From positions 315,828,001 through 315,892,000 of the forward strand of contig OZ024742.1 in the NCBI GenBank assembly GCA_964016885.1: a stretch of 64,000 nt of DNA. The letters run 5' to 3'. A model generated the notes under the pieces. The model was not told the DNA's origin. It ran no database searches and saw only the letters and a list, made by a program, of their open reading frames with translations. A program made the translations under genes and the position numbers. Positions 8,301 to 26,300 of this stretch are shown here, one piece after another. The DNA is from Eledone cirrhosa (taxonomy: Eukaryota). How positions within the stretch are numbered: the stretch's first letter is position 1; the number at the start of each line of letters is the position of its first letter.

Positions 8301-11300
8301 CCACCTCTGGAAACATTACTATATACAGTACCTGGCCACAATCACCACCACCGGAAACATTACTATATACACTACCTGGCCACATTCACCACCTCTGGAA
8401 ACATTACTATATACAGTACCTGGCCACAATCATCACCACTGGAAACATTACTATATACACTACCTGGCCACAATCACCACCTCTGGAAACATTACTATAT
8501 ACAGTACCTGGCCACAATCACCACCAATGGAAACATTACTATATACTGTACCTGGCCACAATCATCACCACTGGAAACATTACTATATACACTACCTGGC
8601 CACAATCACCACCTCTGGAAACATTACTATATACACTACCTGGCCACATTCACCACCACTGGAAACATTACTATATACAGTACCTGGCCACAATCACCAC
8701 CACTGGAAACATTACTATATACAGTACCTGGCCACAATCACCACCACTGGAAACATTACTATATACAGTACCTGGCCACAATCACCACCACTGAATACAT
8801 TACTATATACACTACCTGGCCACAATCACCACCACTGGAAACATTACTATATACAGTACCTGGCCACAATCAACATCACTGGAAACATTACTATATACAG
8901 TACCTGGCCACAATCACCACCACTGGAAACATTACTATATACACTACCTGGCCACAATCACACCTCTGGAAATATTACTATATACAGTACCTGGCCACAA
9001 TCACCACCACCGGAAACATTACTATATACACTACCTGGCCACAATCAACACCACTGGAAACATTACTATATACAGTACCTGGCCACAATCACCACCACTG
9101 GAAACATTACTATATACACTACCTGGCCACAATCACCACCTCTGGAAACATTACTATATACAGTACCTGGCCACAATCACCACCACCGGAACCATTACTA
9201 TATAGACTACCTGGCCACAATCACCACCACTGGAAACATTACTATATACACTACCTGGCCACAATCACCAGCACTGGAAACATTACTATATACACTACCT
9301 GGCCACAATCACAACCACTGGAAACATTACTATATACAGTACCTGGCCACAATCACCACCACTGGAAACATTACTATATACACTACCTGGCCACAATCAC
9401 CACCACTGGAAACATTACTATATACACTACCTGGCCACTATCACCACCTCTGGAAACATTACTATATACACTACCTGGCCACAATCACCACCACTGGAAA
9501 CATTACTATATACACTACCTGGCCACAATCACCACCACTGGAAACATTACTATATACACTACCTGGCCACAATCACCACCACTGGAAACATTACTATATA
9601 CACTACCTGGCCACAATCACGACCACCGGAAACATTACTATATACACTACCTGGCCACAATCACCACCACTGGAAACATTACTATATACACAACCTGGCC
9701 ACAATCACCACCACTGGAAACATTACTATATACACTACCTGGCCACAATCACCACCTCTGGAAACATTACTATATACACTACCTGGCCACAATCACCACC
9801 ACTGGAAACATTACTATATACACTACCTGGCCACAATCACCGCCACTGGAAACATTACTATATACACTACCTGGCAACAATCACCACCACTGGAAACATT
9901 ACTATATACACTACCTGGCCACAATCACCACCACTGGAAACATTACTATATACACTACCTGGCCACAATCACCAGCACTGGAAACATTACTATATACACT
10001 ACCTGGCCACAATCACCACCTCTGGAAACATTACTATATACAGTACCTGGCCACAATTACCACCTCTGGAAACATTACTATATACAGTACCTGGCCACAA
10101 TCACCACCACCGGAAACATTACTATATACACTACCTGGCCACATTCAACACCTCTGGAAACATTACTATATACAGTACCTGGCCACAATCATCACCACTG
10201 GAAACATTACTATATACACTACCTGGCCACAATCACCACCTCTGGAAACATTACTATATACAGTACCTGGCCACAATCACTACCAATGGAAACATTACTA
10301 TATACTGTACCTGGCCACAATCATCACCACTGGAAACATTACTATATACACTAGCTGGCCACAATCACCACCTCTGGAAACATTACTATATACACTACCT
10401 GGCCACATTCACCACCACTGGAAACATTACTATATACAGTACCTGGCCACAATCACCACCACTGGAAACATTACTATATACAGTACCTGGCCACAATCAC
10501 CACCACTGGAAACATTACTATATACAGTACCTGGCCACAATCACCACCACTGAATACATTACTATATACACTACCTGGCCACAATCACCACCACTGGAAA
10601 CATTACTATATACAGTACCTGGCCACAATCAACATCACTGGAAACATTACTATATACAGTACCTGGCCACAATCACCACCACTGGAAACATTACTATATA
10701 CACTACCTGGCCACAATCACACCTCTGGAAATATTACTATATACAGTACCTGGCCACAATCACCACCACCGGAAACATTACTATATACACTACCTGGCCA
10801 CAATCAACACCACTGGAAACATTACTATATACAGTACCTGGCCACAATCACCACCACTGGAAACATTACTATATACACTACCTGGCCACAATCACCACCT
10901 CTGGAAACATTACTATATACAGTACCTGGCCACAATCACCACCACCGGAACCATTACTATATAGACTACCTGGCCACAATCACCACCACTGGAAACATTA
11001 CTATATACACTACCTGGCCACAATCACCAGCACTGGAAACATTACTATATACACTACCTGGCCACAATCACAACCACTGGAAACATTACTATATATAGTA
11101 CCTGGCCACAATCACCACCACTGGAAACATTACTATATACACTACCTGGCCACAATCACCACCACTGGAAACATTACTATATACACTACCTGGCCACTAT
11201 CACCACCTCTGGAAACATTACTATATACACTACCTGGCCACGATCACCACCACTGGAAACATTACTATATACACTACCTGGCCACAATCACCACCACTGG

Positions 11301-14300
11301 AAACATTACTATATACACTACCTGGCCACAATCACCACCACTGGAAACATTACTATATACACTACCTGGCCACAATCACGACCACCGGAAACATTACTAT
11401 ATACACTACCTGGCCACAATCACCACCACTGGAAACATTACTATATACACAACCTGGCCACAATCACCACCACTGGAAACATTACTATATACACTACCTG
11501 GCCACAATCACCACCACTGGAAACATTACTATATACACTACCTGGCCACAATCACCACCTCTGGAAACATTACTATATACACTACCTGGCCACAATCACC
11601 ACCACTGGAAACATTACTATATACACTACCTGGCCACAATCACCACCACTGGAAACATTACTATATACACTACCTGGCCACAATCACCACCACTGGAAAC
11701 ATTACTATATACACTACCTGGCCACAATCACGACCACCGGAAACATTACTATATACACTACCTGGCCACAATCACCACCTCTGGAGACATTACTATATAC
11801 ACTACCCGCCCACAATCACCACCACTGGAAACATTACTATATACACTACCTGGCTACAATCACTACCACTGGAAACATTACTATATACACTACCTGGCCA
11901 CAATCACCACCACTGGAAACATTACTATATACACTATCTGGCCACAATCACCACCATGGAAACATTACTATATACACTACCTGGCCACAATCACCACCAC
12001 TGGAAACATTACTATATACACTACCTGGCCACAATCACCACCACTGGAAACATTACTATATACACTACCTGGCCACAATCACCACCACTGGAAACATTAC
12101 TATATACACTACCTGGCTACAATCACCACCACTGGAAACATTACTATATACACTACCTGGACACAATCACCACCACTGGAAACATTACTATATACAGTAC
12201 CTGGCCACAATCACCACCACTGGAAACATTACTATATACAGTACCTGGCCACAATCACCACCACTGGAAACATTACTATATACACTACCTGGCCACAATC
12301 ACCACCACTGGAAACATTACTATATACACTACCTGGCCACAATCACCACCACTGGAAACATTACTATATACAGTACCTGGCTACAATCACCACCACTGGA
12401 AACATTACTATATACAGTACCTGGCCACAATCACCACCACTGGAAACATTACTATATACAGTACCTGGCCACAATCACCACCACTGGAAACATTACTATA
12501 TACACTACCTGGCCACAATCACCACCTCTGGAAACATTACTATATACACTACCTGGCCACAATCACCACCACTGGAAACATTATTATATACACTACCTGG
12601 CCACAATCACCACCTCTGGAAACATTACTATATACACTACCTGGCCACAATCACCACCTCTGGATACATTACTATATACAGTACCTGGCCACAATCACCA
12701 CCACTGGAAACATTACTATATACACTACCTGGCCACAATCAACACCTCTGGAAACTTTACTATATACACTACCTGGCCACAATCACCACCACTGGATACA
12801 TTACTATATACAGTACCTGGCCACTATCACCACCACTTGAAACATTACTATATACAGTACCTGGCCACAATCACCACCACTGGAAACATTACTATATACA
12901 GTACCTGGCCACATTCACCACCACTGGATACATTACTATATACACTACCTGGCCACTATCACCACCACTGGAAACATTACTATATACACTACCTGGCCAC
13001 AATCACTACCACTGGAAACATTACTATATACACTACCTGGCCACTATCACCACCACTGGAAACATTACTATATACAGTATCTGGCCACAATCACCACCAC
13101 TGGAAACATTACTATATACAGTACCTGGCCACAATCACCACCACTGGAAACATTACTATATACAGTACCTGGCCACAATCACCACCACTGGAAACATTAC
13201 TATATACACTACCTGGCCACTATCACCACCACTGGAAACATTACTATATACACTACCTGGCCACAATCACCACCTCTGGAAACATTACTATATACACTAC
13301 CTGGACACAATCACCACCACTGGAAACATTACTATATACAGTACCTGGCCACAATCACCACCACTGGAAACATTACTATATACAGTACCTGGCCACAATC
13401 ACCACCACTGGAAACATTACTATATACACTACCTGGCCACAATCACCACCACTGGAAACATTACTATATACACTACCTGGCCACAATCACCACCACTGGA
13501 AACATTACTATATACAGTACCTGGCTACAATCACCACCACTGGAAACATTACTATATACAGTACCTGGCCACAATCACCACCACTGGAAACATTACTATA
13601 TACACTACCTGGCCAAAATCACCACCTCTGGAAACATTATTATATACAGTACCTGGCCACAATCACCACCACTGGAAACATTACTATATACACTACCTGG
13701 CCACAATCACCACCACTGGAAACATTACTATATACACTACCCGGCCACAATCACCACCTCTGGAAACATTACTATATACACTACCTGGCCACAATCACCA
13801 CCACTGGAAACATTACTATATACACTACCTGGCCACAATCACCACCACTGGAAACATTACTATATACACTACCTGGCCACAATCACCACCACTGGAAACA
13901 TTACTATATACACTACCTGGCCACAATCACCACCATGGAAATATTACTATATACACTACCTGGCCACAATCACCACCACTGGAAACATTACTATATACAG
14001 TACCTGGCCACAATACCACCTCTGGAAACATTACTATATACACTACCTGGCCATAATCACCACCTCTGGAAACATTACTATATACACTACCTGGCCACAA
14101 TCACCACCACTGGAAACATTACCATATACACTACCTGGCCACAATCACCACCACTGGAAACATTACTATATACACTACCTGGCCACTATCACCACCTCTG
14201 GAAACATTACTATATACACTACCTGGCCACAATCACCACCACTGGAAACATTACTATATACACTACCTGGCCACAATCACCACCACTGGAAACATTACTA

Positions 14301-17300
14301 TATACACTACCTGGCCACAATCACCACCACTGGAAACATTACTATATACACTACCTGGCCACAATCACGACCACCGGAAACATTACTATATACACTACCT
14401 GGCCACAATCACCACCACTGGAAACATTACTATATACACAACCTGGCCACAATCACCACCACTGGAAACATTACTATATACACTACCTGGCCACAATCAC
14501 CACCACTGGAAACATTACTATATACACTACCTGGCCACAATCACCACCTCTGGAAACATTACTATATACACTACCTGGCCACAATCACCACCACTGGAAA
14601 CATTACTATATACACTACCTGGCCACAATCACGACCACCGGAAACATTACTATATACACTACCTGGCCACAATCACCACCTCTGGAGACATTACTATATA
14701 CACTACCCGGCCACAATCACCACCACTGGAAACATTACTATATACACTACCTGGCTACAATCACCACCACTGGAAACATTACTATATACACTATCTGGCC
14801 ACAATCACCACCATGGAAACATTACTATATACACTACCTGGCCACAATCACCACCACTGGAAACATTACTATATACACTACCTGGCCACAATCACCACCA
14901 CTGGAAACATTACTATATACACTACCTGGCCACAATCACCACCACTGGAAACATTACTATATACACTACCTGGCTACAATCACCACCACTGGAAACATTA
15001 CTATATACACTACCTGGACACAATCACCACCACTGGAAACATTACTATATACAGTACCTGGCCACAATCACCACCACTGGAAACATTACTATATACACTA
15101 CCTGGCCACTATCACCACCACTGGAAACATTACTATATACACTACCTGGCCACAATCACCACCTCTGGAAACATTACTATATACACTACCTGGACACAAT
15201 CACCACCACTGGAAACATTACTATATACAGTACCTGGCCACAATCACCACCACTGGAAACATTACTATATACAGTACCTGGCCACAATCACCACCACTGG
15301 AAACATTACTATATACACTACCTGGCCACAATCACCACCACTGGAAACATTACTATATACACTACCTGGCCACAATCAGCACCACTGGAAACATTACTAT
15401 ATACAGTACCTGGCTACAATCACCACCACTGGAAACATTACTATATACAGTACCTGGCCACAATCACCACCACTGGAAACATTACTATATACAGTACCTG
15501 GCCACAATCACCACCACTGGAAACATTACTATATACAGTATCTGGCCACAATCACAACAACTGGAAACATTACTATATACAGTACCTGGCCACAATCACC
15601 ACCACTGGAAACATTACTATATACACTACCTGGCCACAATCACCACCACCGGAAACATTACTATATACAGTACCTGGCCACAATCACCACCACTGGAAAC
15701 ATTACTATATACACTACCTGGCCACATTCACCACCACTGGATACATTAATATATACACTACCTGGCAACAATCACCATCACTGGAAACAATACTATGTAC
15801 AGAACCTGGCCACAATCACGACCACTGGATACATTACTATATACAGTACCTGGCCACAATCACCACCACTGGAAATATTACTATATACACTACCTGGCCA
15901 CAATCACCACCACTGGAAACATTACTATATACACTACCTGGCCACATTCACCACCACTGGAAACATTACTATATACACTACCTGGCCACAATCACCACCA
16001 CTGGAAACATTACTATATACAGTACCTAGCCACAATCACCACCACTGGAAACATTACTATATACACTACCTGGCCACATTCACCACCACTGGAAACATTA
16101 CTATATACACTACCTGGCCACAATCACCACCACTGGAAACATTACTATATACAGTACCTAGCCACAATCACCACCACTGGAAACATTACTATATACACTA
16201 CCTGGCCACAATCACCACCACTGGAAACATTACTATATACACTACCTGGCCACAATCACCACCACTGGAAACATTACTATATACACTACCTGGCAACAAT
16301 CACAACCACTGGAAACATTACTATATACACTACCTGGCCACAATCACCACCACTGGAAACATTACTATATACACTACCTGGCCACAATCACCACCTCTGG
16401 AAACATTACTATATACAATACCTGGCCACAATCACCACCTCTGGAAACATTACTATATACACTACCTGGCCACAATCACCACCTCTGGAAACATTACTAT
16501 ATACACTACCTGGCCACAATCACCACCACTGGAAACATTACTATATACACTACCTGGCCACAATCACCACCACTGGAAACATTACTATATACACTACCTA
16601 GCCACAATCACCACCACTGGAAACATTACTATATACACTACCTAGCCACAATCACCACCACTGGAAACATTACTATATACACTACCTGGCCACTATCACC
16701 ACCACCGGAAACATTACTATATACACTACCTGGCCACTATCACCACCACCGGAAACATTACTATATACACTACCTAGCCACAATCACCACCACTGGAAAC
16801 ATTACTATATACACAACCTGGCCACAATCACCACCTCTGGAAACATTACTATATACACTACCTGGCCACAATCACCACCACTGGAAACATTACTATATAC
16901 ACTACCTGGCCACAATCACCACCACTGGAAACATTACTATATACACTACCTAGCCACAATCACCACCACTGGAAACATTACTATATACACTACCTAGCCA
17001 CAATCACCACCACTGGAAACATTACTATATACACTACCTGGCCACTATCACCAGCACCGGAAACATTACTATATACACTACCGGGCCACTATCACCACCA
17101 CCGGAAACATTCCTATATACACTACCTGGCCACTATCACCACCACTGGAAACATTACTATATACAGTACCTGGCCACAATCACCACCACTGGAAACATTA
17201 CTATATACACTACCTGGCCACAATCACCACCACCGGAAACATTACTATATACACTACCTGGCCACTATCACCACCACTGGAAACATTACTATATACAGTA

Positions 17301-20300
17301 CCTGGCCACAATCACCAGAACTGGAAACATTACTATATACACTACCTGGCCACAATCACCACCTCTGGAAACATTACTATATACACTACCTGGCCAAAAT
17401 CACCACCACTGGAAACATTACTATATACACTACCTGGCCACAATCACCACCACAGGAAACATTACTATATACACTACCTGGCCACTATCACCACCACTGG
17501 AAACATTACTATATACAGTACCTGGCCACAATCACCACCTCTGGAAACATTACTATATACAGTACCTGGCAACAATCACCACCACCGGAAACATTACTAT
17601 ATACACTACCTGGCCACTATCACCACCTCTGGAAACATTACTATATACAGTACCTGGCCACAATCACCACCACTGGAAACAATACTATGTACAGTACCTG
17701 GCCACAATCACGACCACTGGATACATTACTATATACAGTATCTGGCCACAATCACCACCACTGGAAACATTACTATATACAGTACCTGGCCACAATCACC
17801 ACCACTGGATACATTACTATATACATTACCTGGCCACAATCACCACCACTGGAAACATTACTATATACACTACCTGGCCACAATCACCACCACTGGAAAC
17901 ATTACTATATACACTACCTGCCCACAATCACCACCTCTGGAAACATTACTATACACACTACCTGGCCACAATCACCACCACTGGAAACATTACAATATAC
18001 AGTACCTGGCCACAATCACCACCACTGGAAACATTACTATATACACTACCTGGCCACAATCACCACCACTGTAAACATTACTATACACACTACCTGGCCA
18101 CAATCACAACCACTGGAAACATTACTATATACACTACCTGGCCACAATCACCACCACTGTAGACATTACTATATACACTACCTGGCCACATTCACCACCA
18201 CTGGATACATTAATATATACACTACCTGGCCACAATCACCATCACTGGAAACAATACTATGTACAGAACCTGGCCACAATCACGACCACTGGATACATTA
18301 CTATATACAGTATCTGGCCACAATCACCACCACTGGAAATATTACTATATACACTACCTGGCCACAATCACCACCACTGGAAACATTACTATATACACTA
18401 CCTGGCCACATTCACCACCACTGGAAACATTACTATATACACTACCTGGCCACAATCACCACCACTGGAAACATTACAATATACAGTACCTAGCCACAAT
18501 CACCACCACTGGAAACATTACTATATACACTACCTGGCCACAATCACCACCACTGGAAACATTACTATATACAGTACCTAGCCACAATCACCACCACTGG
18601 AAACATTACTATATACACTACCTGGCCACAATCACCACCACTGGAAACATTACTATATACACTACCTGGCCACAATCACCACCACTGGAAACATTACTAT
18701 ATACACTACCTGGCCACAATCACCACCACTGGAAACATTACTATATACACTACCTGGCCACAATCACCACCACTGGAAACATTACTATATACAGTACCTA
18801 GCCACAATTACCACCACTGGAAACATTACTATATACACTACCTGGCCACAATCACCACCACTGGAAACATTACTATATACACTACCTGGCCACAATCACC
18901 ACCACTGGAAACATTACTATATACAGTACCTAGCCACAATCACCACCACTGGAAACATTACTATATACACTACCTGGCCACAATCACCACCACTGGAAAC
19001 ATTACTATATACACTACCTGGCCACAATCACCACCACTGGAAACATTACTATATACACTACCTGGCCACAATCACCACCTCTGGAAACATTACTATATAC
19101 ACTACCTGGCCACAATCACAACCACTGGAAACATTACTATATACACTACCTGGCCACAATCACCACCACTGGAAACATTACTATATACACTACCTAGCCA
19201 CAATCACCACCACTGGAAACATTACTATATACACTACCTAGCCACAATCACCACCACTGGAAACATTACTATATACACTACCTGGCCACTATCACCACCA
19301 CCGGAAACATTCCTATATACACTACCTGGCCACTATCACCACCACTGGAAACATTACTATATACAGTACCTGGCCACAATCACCACCACTGGAAACATTA
19401 CTATATACACTACCTGGCCACAATCACCACCACCGGAAACATTACTATATACACTACCTGGCCACTATCACCACCACCGGAAACATTACTATATACACTA
19501 CCTGGCCACTATCACCACCACTGGAAACATTACTATATACAGTACCTGGCCACAATCACCAGAACTGGAAACATTACTATATACACTACCTGGCCACAAT
19601 CACCACCACTGGAAACATTACTATATACAGTACCTGGCCACAATCACCACCACCGGAAACATTACTATATACACTACCTGGCCACAATCACCACCACTGG
19701 AAACATTACTATATACAGTACCTGGCCACAATCACCAGAACTGGAAACATTACTATATACACTACCTGGCCACAATCACCACCACTGGAAACATTACTAT
19801 ATACAGTACCTGGCCACAATCACCACCACCGGAAACATTACTATATACAGTACCTGGCCACAATCACCAGAACTGGAAACATTACTATATACACTACCTG
19901 GCCACAATCACCACCACTGGAAACATTACTATATACAGTACCTGGCCACAATCACCAGAACTGGAAACATTACTATATACACTACCTGGCCACTATCACT
20001 ACCACTGGAAACATTACTATATACAGTACCTGGCCACAATCACCACCTCTGGAAACATTACTATATACAGTACCTGGCCACAATCACCACCACTGTAAAC
20101 ATTACTATATACACTACCTGGCCACAATCACCACCACCGGAAACATTACTATATACACTACCTGGCCACTATCACCACCTCTGGAAACATTACTATATAC
20201 AGTACCTGGCCACAATCACCACCACTGGAAACAATACTATGTACAGTACCTGGCCACAATCACGACCACTGGATACATTACTATATACAGTATCTGGCCA

Positions 20301-23300
20301 CAATCACCACCACTGGAAACAATACTATATACAGTACCTGGCCACAATCACCACCACTGGATACATTACTATATACATTACCTGGCCACAATCACCACCA
20401 CTGGAAACATTACTATATACACTACCTGGCCACAATCACCACCACTGGAAACATTACTATATACACTACCTGCCCACAATCACCACCTCTGGAAACATTA
20501 CTATACACACTACCTGGCCACAATCACCACCACTGGAAACATTACTATATACAGTACCTGGCCACAATCACCACCACTGGAAACATTACTATATACACTA
20601 CCTGGACACAATCACCACCACTGTAAACATTACTATATACACTACCTGGCCACAATCACCACCTCTGGAAACATTACTATATAAACTACCTGGCCACAAT
20701 CACCACCTCTGGAAACATTACTATATACACTACCTGGCCACAATCACCAGCACTGGAAACATTACTATATACAGTACCTGGCCACAATCACCATCTCTGG
20801 AAACATTACTATATACACTACCTGGCCACAATCAACACCTCTGGAAACATTACTATATACACTACCTGGCCACAATCACCACCTCTGGAAACATTACTAT
20901 ATACACTACCTGGCCACAATCACCACCACTGGAAACATTACTATATACAGTACCTGGCCACAATCAACACCACTGGAAACATTACTATATACACTACCTG
21001 GCCACAATCACCACCACTGGAAACATTACTATATACACTACCTGGCCACAATCACCACCACTGGAAACATTACTATATACACTACCTGGCCACAATCACC
21101 ATCACTGGAAACATTACTATATACACTACCTGGCCACAATCACCACCACTGGAAACATTACTATATACACTACCTGGGCATAATCACCACCTCTGGAAAC
21201 ATTACTATATACAGTACCTGGCCACAATCACCACCACTGGAAACATTACTATATACAATACCTGGCCACAATCACCACCATTGGAAACATTACTATATAC
21301 ACTACCTGGCCACAATCACCACCACTGGAAACATTACTATATACACTACCTGGCCACAATCACCACCACTGGAAACATTACTATATACACTACCTGGCCA
21401 CAATCACCACCACTGGAAACATTACTATATACACTACCTGGCCACAATCACCACCTCTGGAAACATTACTATATACAGTACCTGGCCACAATCACCACCA
21501 CTGGAAACATTACTATATACAGTACCTGGCCACAATCACCACCACTGGAAACATTACTATTTACACTACCTGGCCACAATCACCACCACTGGAAACATTA
21601 CTATATACAGTACCTGGCCACAATACCACCTCTGGAAACATTACTATATACACTACCTGGCCATAATCACCATCTCTGGAAACATTACTATATACAGTAC
21701 CTGGCCACAATCACCACCACTGGAAACATTACTATATACACTACCTGGCCACAATCACCACCACTGGAAACATTACTATATACACTACCTGGCCACAATC
21801 ACCACCACTGGAAACATTACTATATACAGTACCTGGCCACAATCACCACCACTGGATACATTACTATATACATTACCTGGCCACAATCACCACCACTGGA
21901 AACATTACTATATACACTACCTGGCCACAATCACCACCACTGGAAACATTACTATATACACTACCTGCCCACAATCACCACCTCTGGAAACATTACTATA
22001 CACACTACCTGGCCACAATCACCACCACTGGAAACATTACTATATACACTACCTGGCCACAATCACCACCACTGGAAACATTACTATATACAGTACCTGG
22101 CCACAATCACCACCACTGGAAACATTACTATATACACTACCTGGCCACAATCACCACCACTGGAAACATTACTATATACACTACCTGGCCACAATCACCA
22201 CCTCTGGAAACATTACTATATACACTACCTGGCCACAATCACCACCTCTGGAAACATTACTATATACACTACCTGGCCACAATCACCATCACTGGAAACA
22301 TTACTATATACACTACCTGGCCACAATCACCACCACTGGAAACATTACTATATACACTACCTGGGCATAATCACCACCTCTGGAAACATTACTATATACA
22401 GTACCTGGCCATAATCACCACCACTGGAAACATTACTATATACAATACCTGGCCACAATCACCACCACTGGAAACATTACTATATACACTACCTGGCCAC
22501 AATCACCAGAACTGGAAACATTACTATATACACTACCTGGCCACAATCACCACCACTGGAAACATTACTATATACACTACCTGGCCACAATCACCACCAC
22601 TGGAAACATTACTATATACAGTACCTAGCCACAATCACCACCACTGGAAACATTACTATATACACTACCTGGCCACAATCACCACCACTGGAAACATTAC
22701 TATATACACTACCTGGCCACAATCACCACCACTGGAAACATTACTATATACACTACCTGGCCACAATCACCACCACTGGAAACATTACTATATACACTAC
22801 CTGGCCACAATCACCACCACTGGAAACATTACTATATACACTACCTGGCAACAATCACCACCACTGGAAACATTACTATATACACTACCTGGCCACAATC
22901 ACCACCACTGGAAACATTACTATATACACTACCTGGCCACAATCACCACCTCTGGAAACATTACTATATACAATACCTGGCCACAATCACCACCTCTGGA
23001 AACATTACTATATACACTACCTGGCCACAATCACCACCTCTGGAAACATTACTATATACACTACCTGGCCACAATCACCACCACTGGAAACATTACTATA
23101 TACACTACCTGGCCACAATCACCACCACTGGAAACATTACTATATACACTACCTAGCCACAATCACCACCACTGGAAACATTACTATATACACTACCTAG
23201 CCACAATCACCACCACTGGAAACATTACTATATACACTACCTAGCCACAATCACCACCACTGGAAACATTACTATATACACTACCTGGCCACAATCACCA

Positions 23301-26300
23301 CCACTGGAAACATTACTATATACACTACCTAGCCACAATCACCACCACTGGAAACATTACTATATACACTACCTAGCCACAATCACCACCACTGGAAACA
23401 TTACTATATACACTACCTGGCCACAATCACCACCACTGGAAACATTACTATATACACTACCTGGCCACAATCACCACCACTGGAAACATTACTATATACA
23501 CTACCTGGCCACTATCACCAGCACCGGAAACATTACTATATACACTACCTGGCCACTATCACCAGCACCGGAAACATTACTATATACAGTACCTGGCCAC
23601 TATCACCAGCACCGGAAACATTACTATATACACTACCTGGCCACTATCACCAGCACCGGAAACATTACTATATACACTACCTGGCCACTATCACCAGCAC
23701 CGGAAACATTACTATATACAGTACCTGGCCACTATCACCAGCACCAGAAACATTACTATATACACTACCTGGCCACTATCACCAGCACCGGAAACATTAC
23801 TATATACAGTACCTGGCCACAATCACCACCACTGGAAACATTACTATATACACTACCTGGCCACAATCACCACCACAGGAAACATTACTATATACACTAC
23901 CTGGCCACTATCACCACCACTGGAAACATTACTATATACAGTACCTGGCCACAATCACCACCACTGTAAACATTACTATATACACTACCTGGCCACAATC
24001 ACCACCACCGGAAACATTACTATATACACTACCTGGCCACTATCACCACCTCTGGAAACATTACTATATACAGTACCTGGCCACAATCACCACCACTGGA
24101 AACAATACTATGTACAGTACCTGGCCACAATCACCACCTCTGGAAACATTACTATATACAGTACCTGGCCACAATCACCACCACTGTAAACATTACTATA
24201 TACACTACCTGGCCACAATCACCACCACCGGAAACATTACTATATACACTACCTGGCCACTATCACCACCTCTGGAAACATTACTATATACAGTACCTGG
24301 CCACAATCACCACCACTGGAAACAATACTATGTACAGTACCTGGCCACAATCACGACCACTGGATACATTACTATATACAGTATCTGGCCACAATCACCA
24401 CCACTGGAAACAATACTATATACAGTACCTGGCCACAATCACCACCACTGGATACATTACTATATACATTACCTGGCCACAATCACCACCACTGGAAACA
24501 TTACTATATACACTACCTGGCCACAATCACCACCACTGGAAACATTACTATATACACTACCTGCCCACAATCACCACCTCTGGAAACATTACTATACACA
24601 CTACCTGGCCACAATCACCACCACTGGAAACATTACTATATACAGTACCTGGCCACAATCACCACCACTGGAAACATTACTATATACACTACCTGGCCAC
24701 AATCACCACCACTGTAAACATTACTATATACACTACCTGGCCACAATCACCACCTCTGGAAACATTACTATATAAACTACCTGGCCACAATCACCACCTC
24801 TGGAAACATTACTATATACACTACCTGGCCACAATCACCAGCACTGGAAACATTACTATATACAGTACCTGGCCACAATCACCATCTCTGGAAACATTAC
24901 TATATACACTACCTGGCCACAATCAACACCTCTGGAAACATTACTATATACACTACCTGGCCACAATCACCACCTCTGGAAACATTACTATATACACTAC
25001 CTGGCCACAATCACCACCACTGGAAACATTACTATATACACTACCTGGCCACAATCACCACCACTGGAAACATTACTATATACACTACCTGGCCACAATC
25101 ACCATCACTGGAAACATTACTATATACACTACCTGGCCACAATCACCACCACTGGAAACATTACTATATACACTACCTGGGCATAATCACCACCTCTGGA
25201 AACATTACTATATACAGTACCTGGCCACAATCACCACCACTGGAAACATTACTATATACAATACCTGGCCACAATCACCACCATTGGAAACATTACTATA
25301 TACACTACCTGGCCACAATCACCACCACTGGAAACATTACTATATACACTACCTGGCCACAATCACCACCACTGGAAACATTACTATATACACTACCTGG
25401 CCACAATCACCACCACTGGAAACATTACTATATACACTACCTGGCCACAATCACCACCTCTGGAAACATTACTATATACAGTACCTGGCCACAATCACCA
25501 CCACTGGAAACATTACTATATACAATACCTAGCCACAATCACCACCACTGGAAACATTACTATATACACTACCTGGCCATAATCACCATCTCTGGAAACA
25601 TTACTATATACAGTACCTGGCCACAATCACCACCACTGGAAACATTACTATATACACTACCTGGCCACAATCACCACCACTGGAAACATTACTATATACA
25701 CTACCTGGCCACAATCACCACCACTGGAAACATTACTATATACAGTACCTGGCCACAATCACCACCACTGGATACATTACTATATACATTACCTGGCCAC
25801 AATCACCACCACTGGAAACATTACTATATACACTACCTGGCCACAATCACCACCACTGGAAACATTACTATATACACTACCTGCCCACAATCACCACCTC
25901 TGGAAACATTACTATACACACTACCTGGCCACAATCACCACCACTGGAAACATTACTATATACACTACCTGGCCACAATCACCACCACTGGAAACATTAC
26001 TATATACAGTACCTGGCCACAATCACCACCACTGGAAACATTACTATATACACTACCTGGCCACAATCACCACCACTGGAAACATTACTATATACACTAC
26101 CTGGCCACAATCACCACCTCTGGAAACATTACTATATACACTACCTGGCCACAATCACCACCTCTGGAAACATTACTATATACACTACCTGGCCACAATC
26201 ACCATCACTGGAAACATTACTATATACACTACCTGGCCACAATCACCACCACTGGAAACATTACTATATACACTACCTGGGCATAATCACCACCTCTGGA

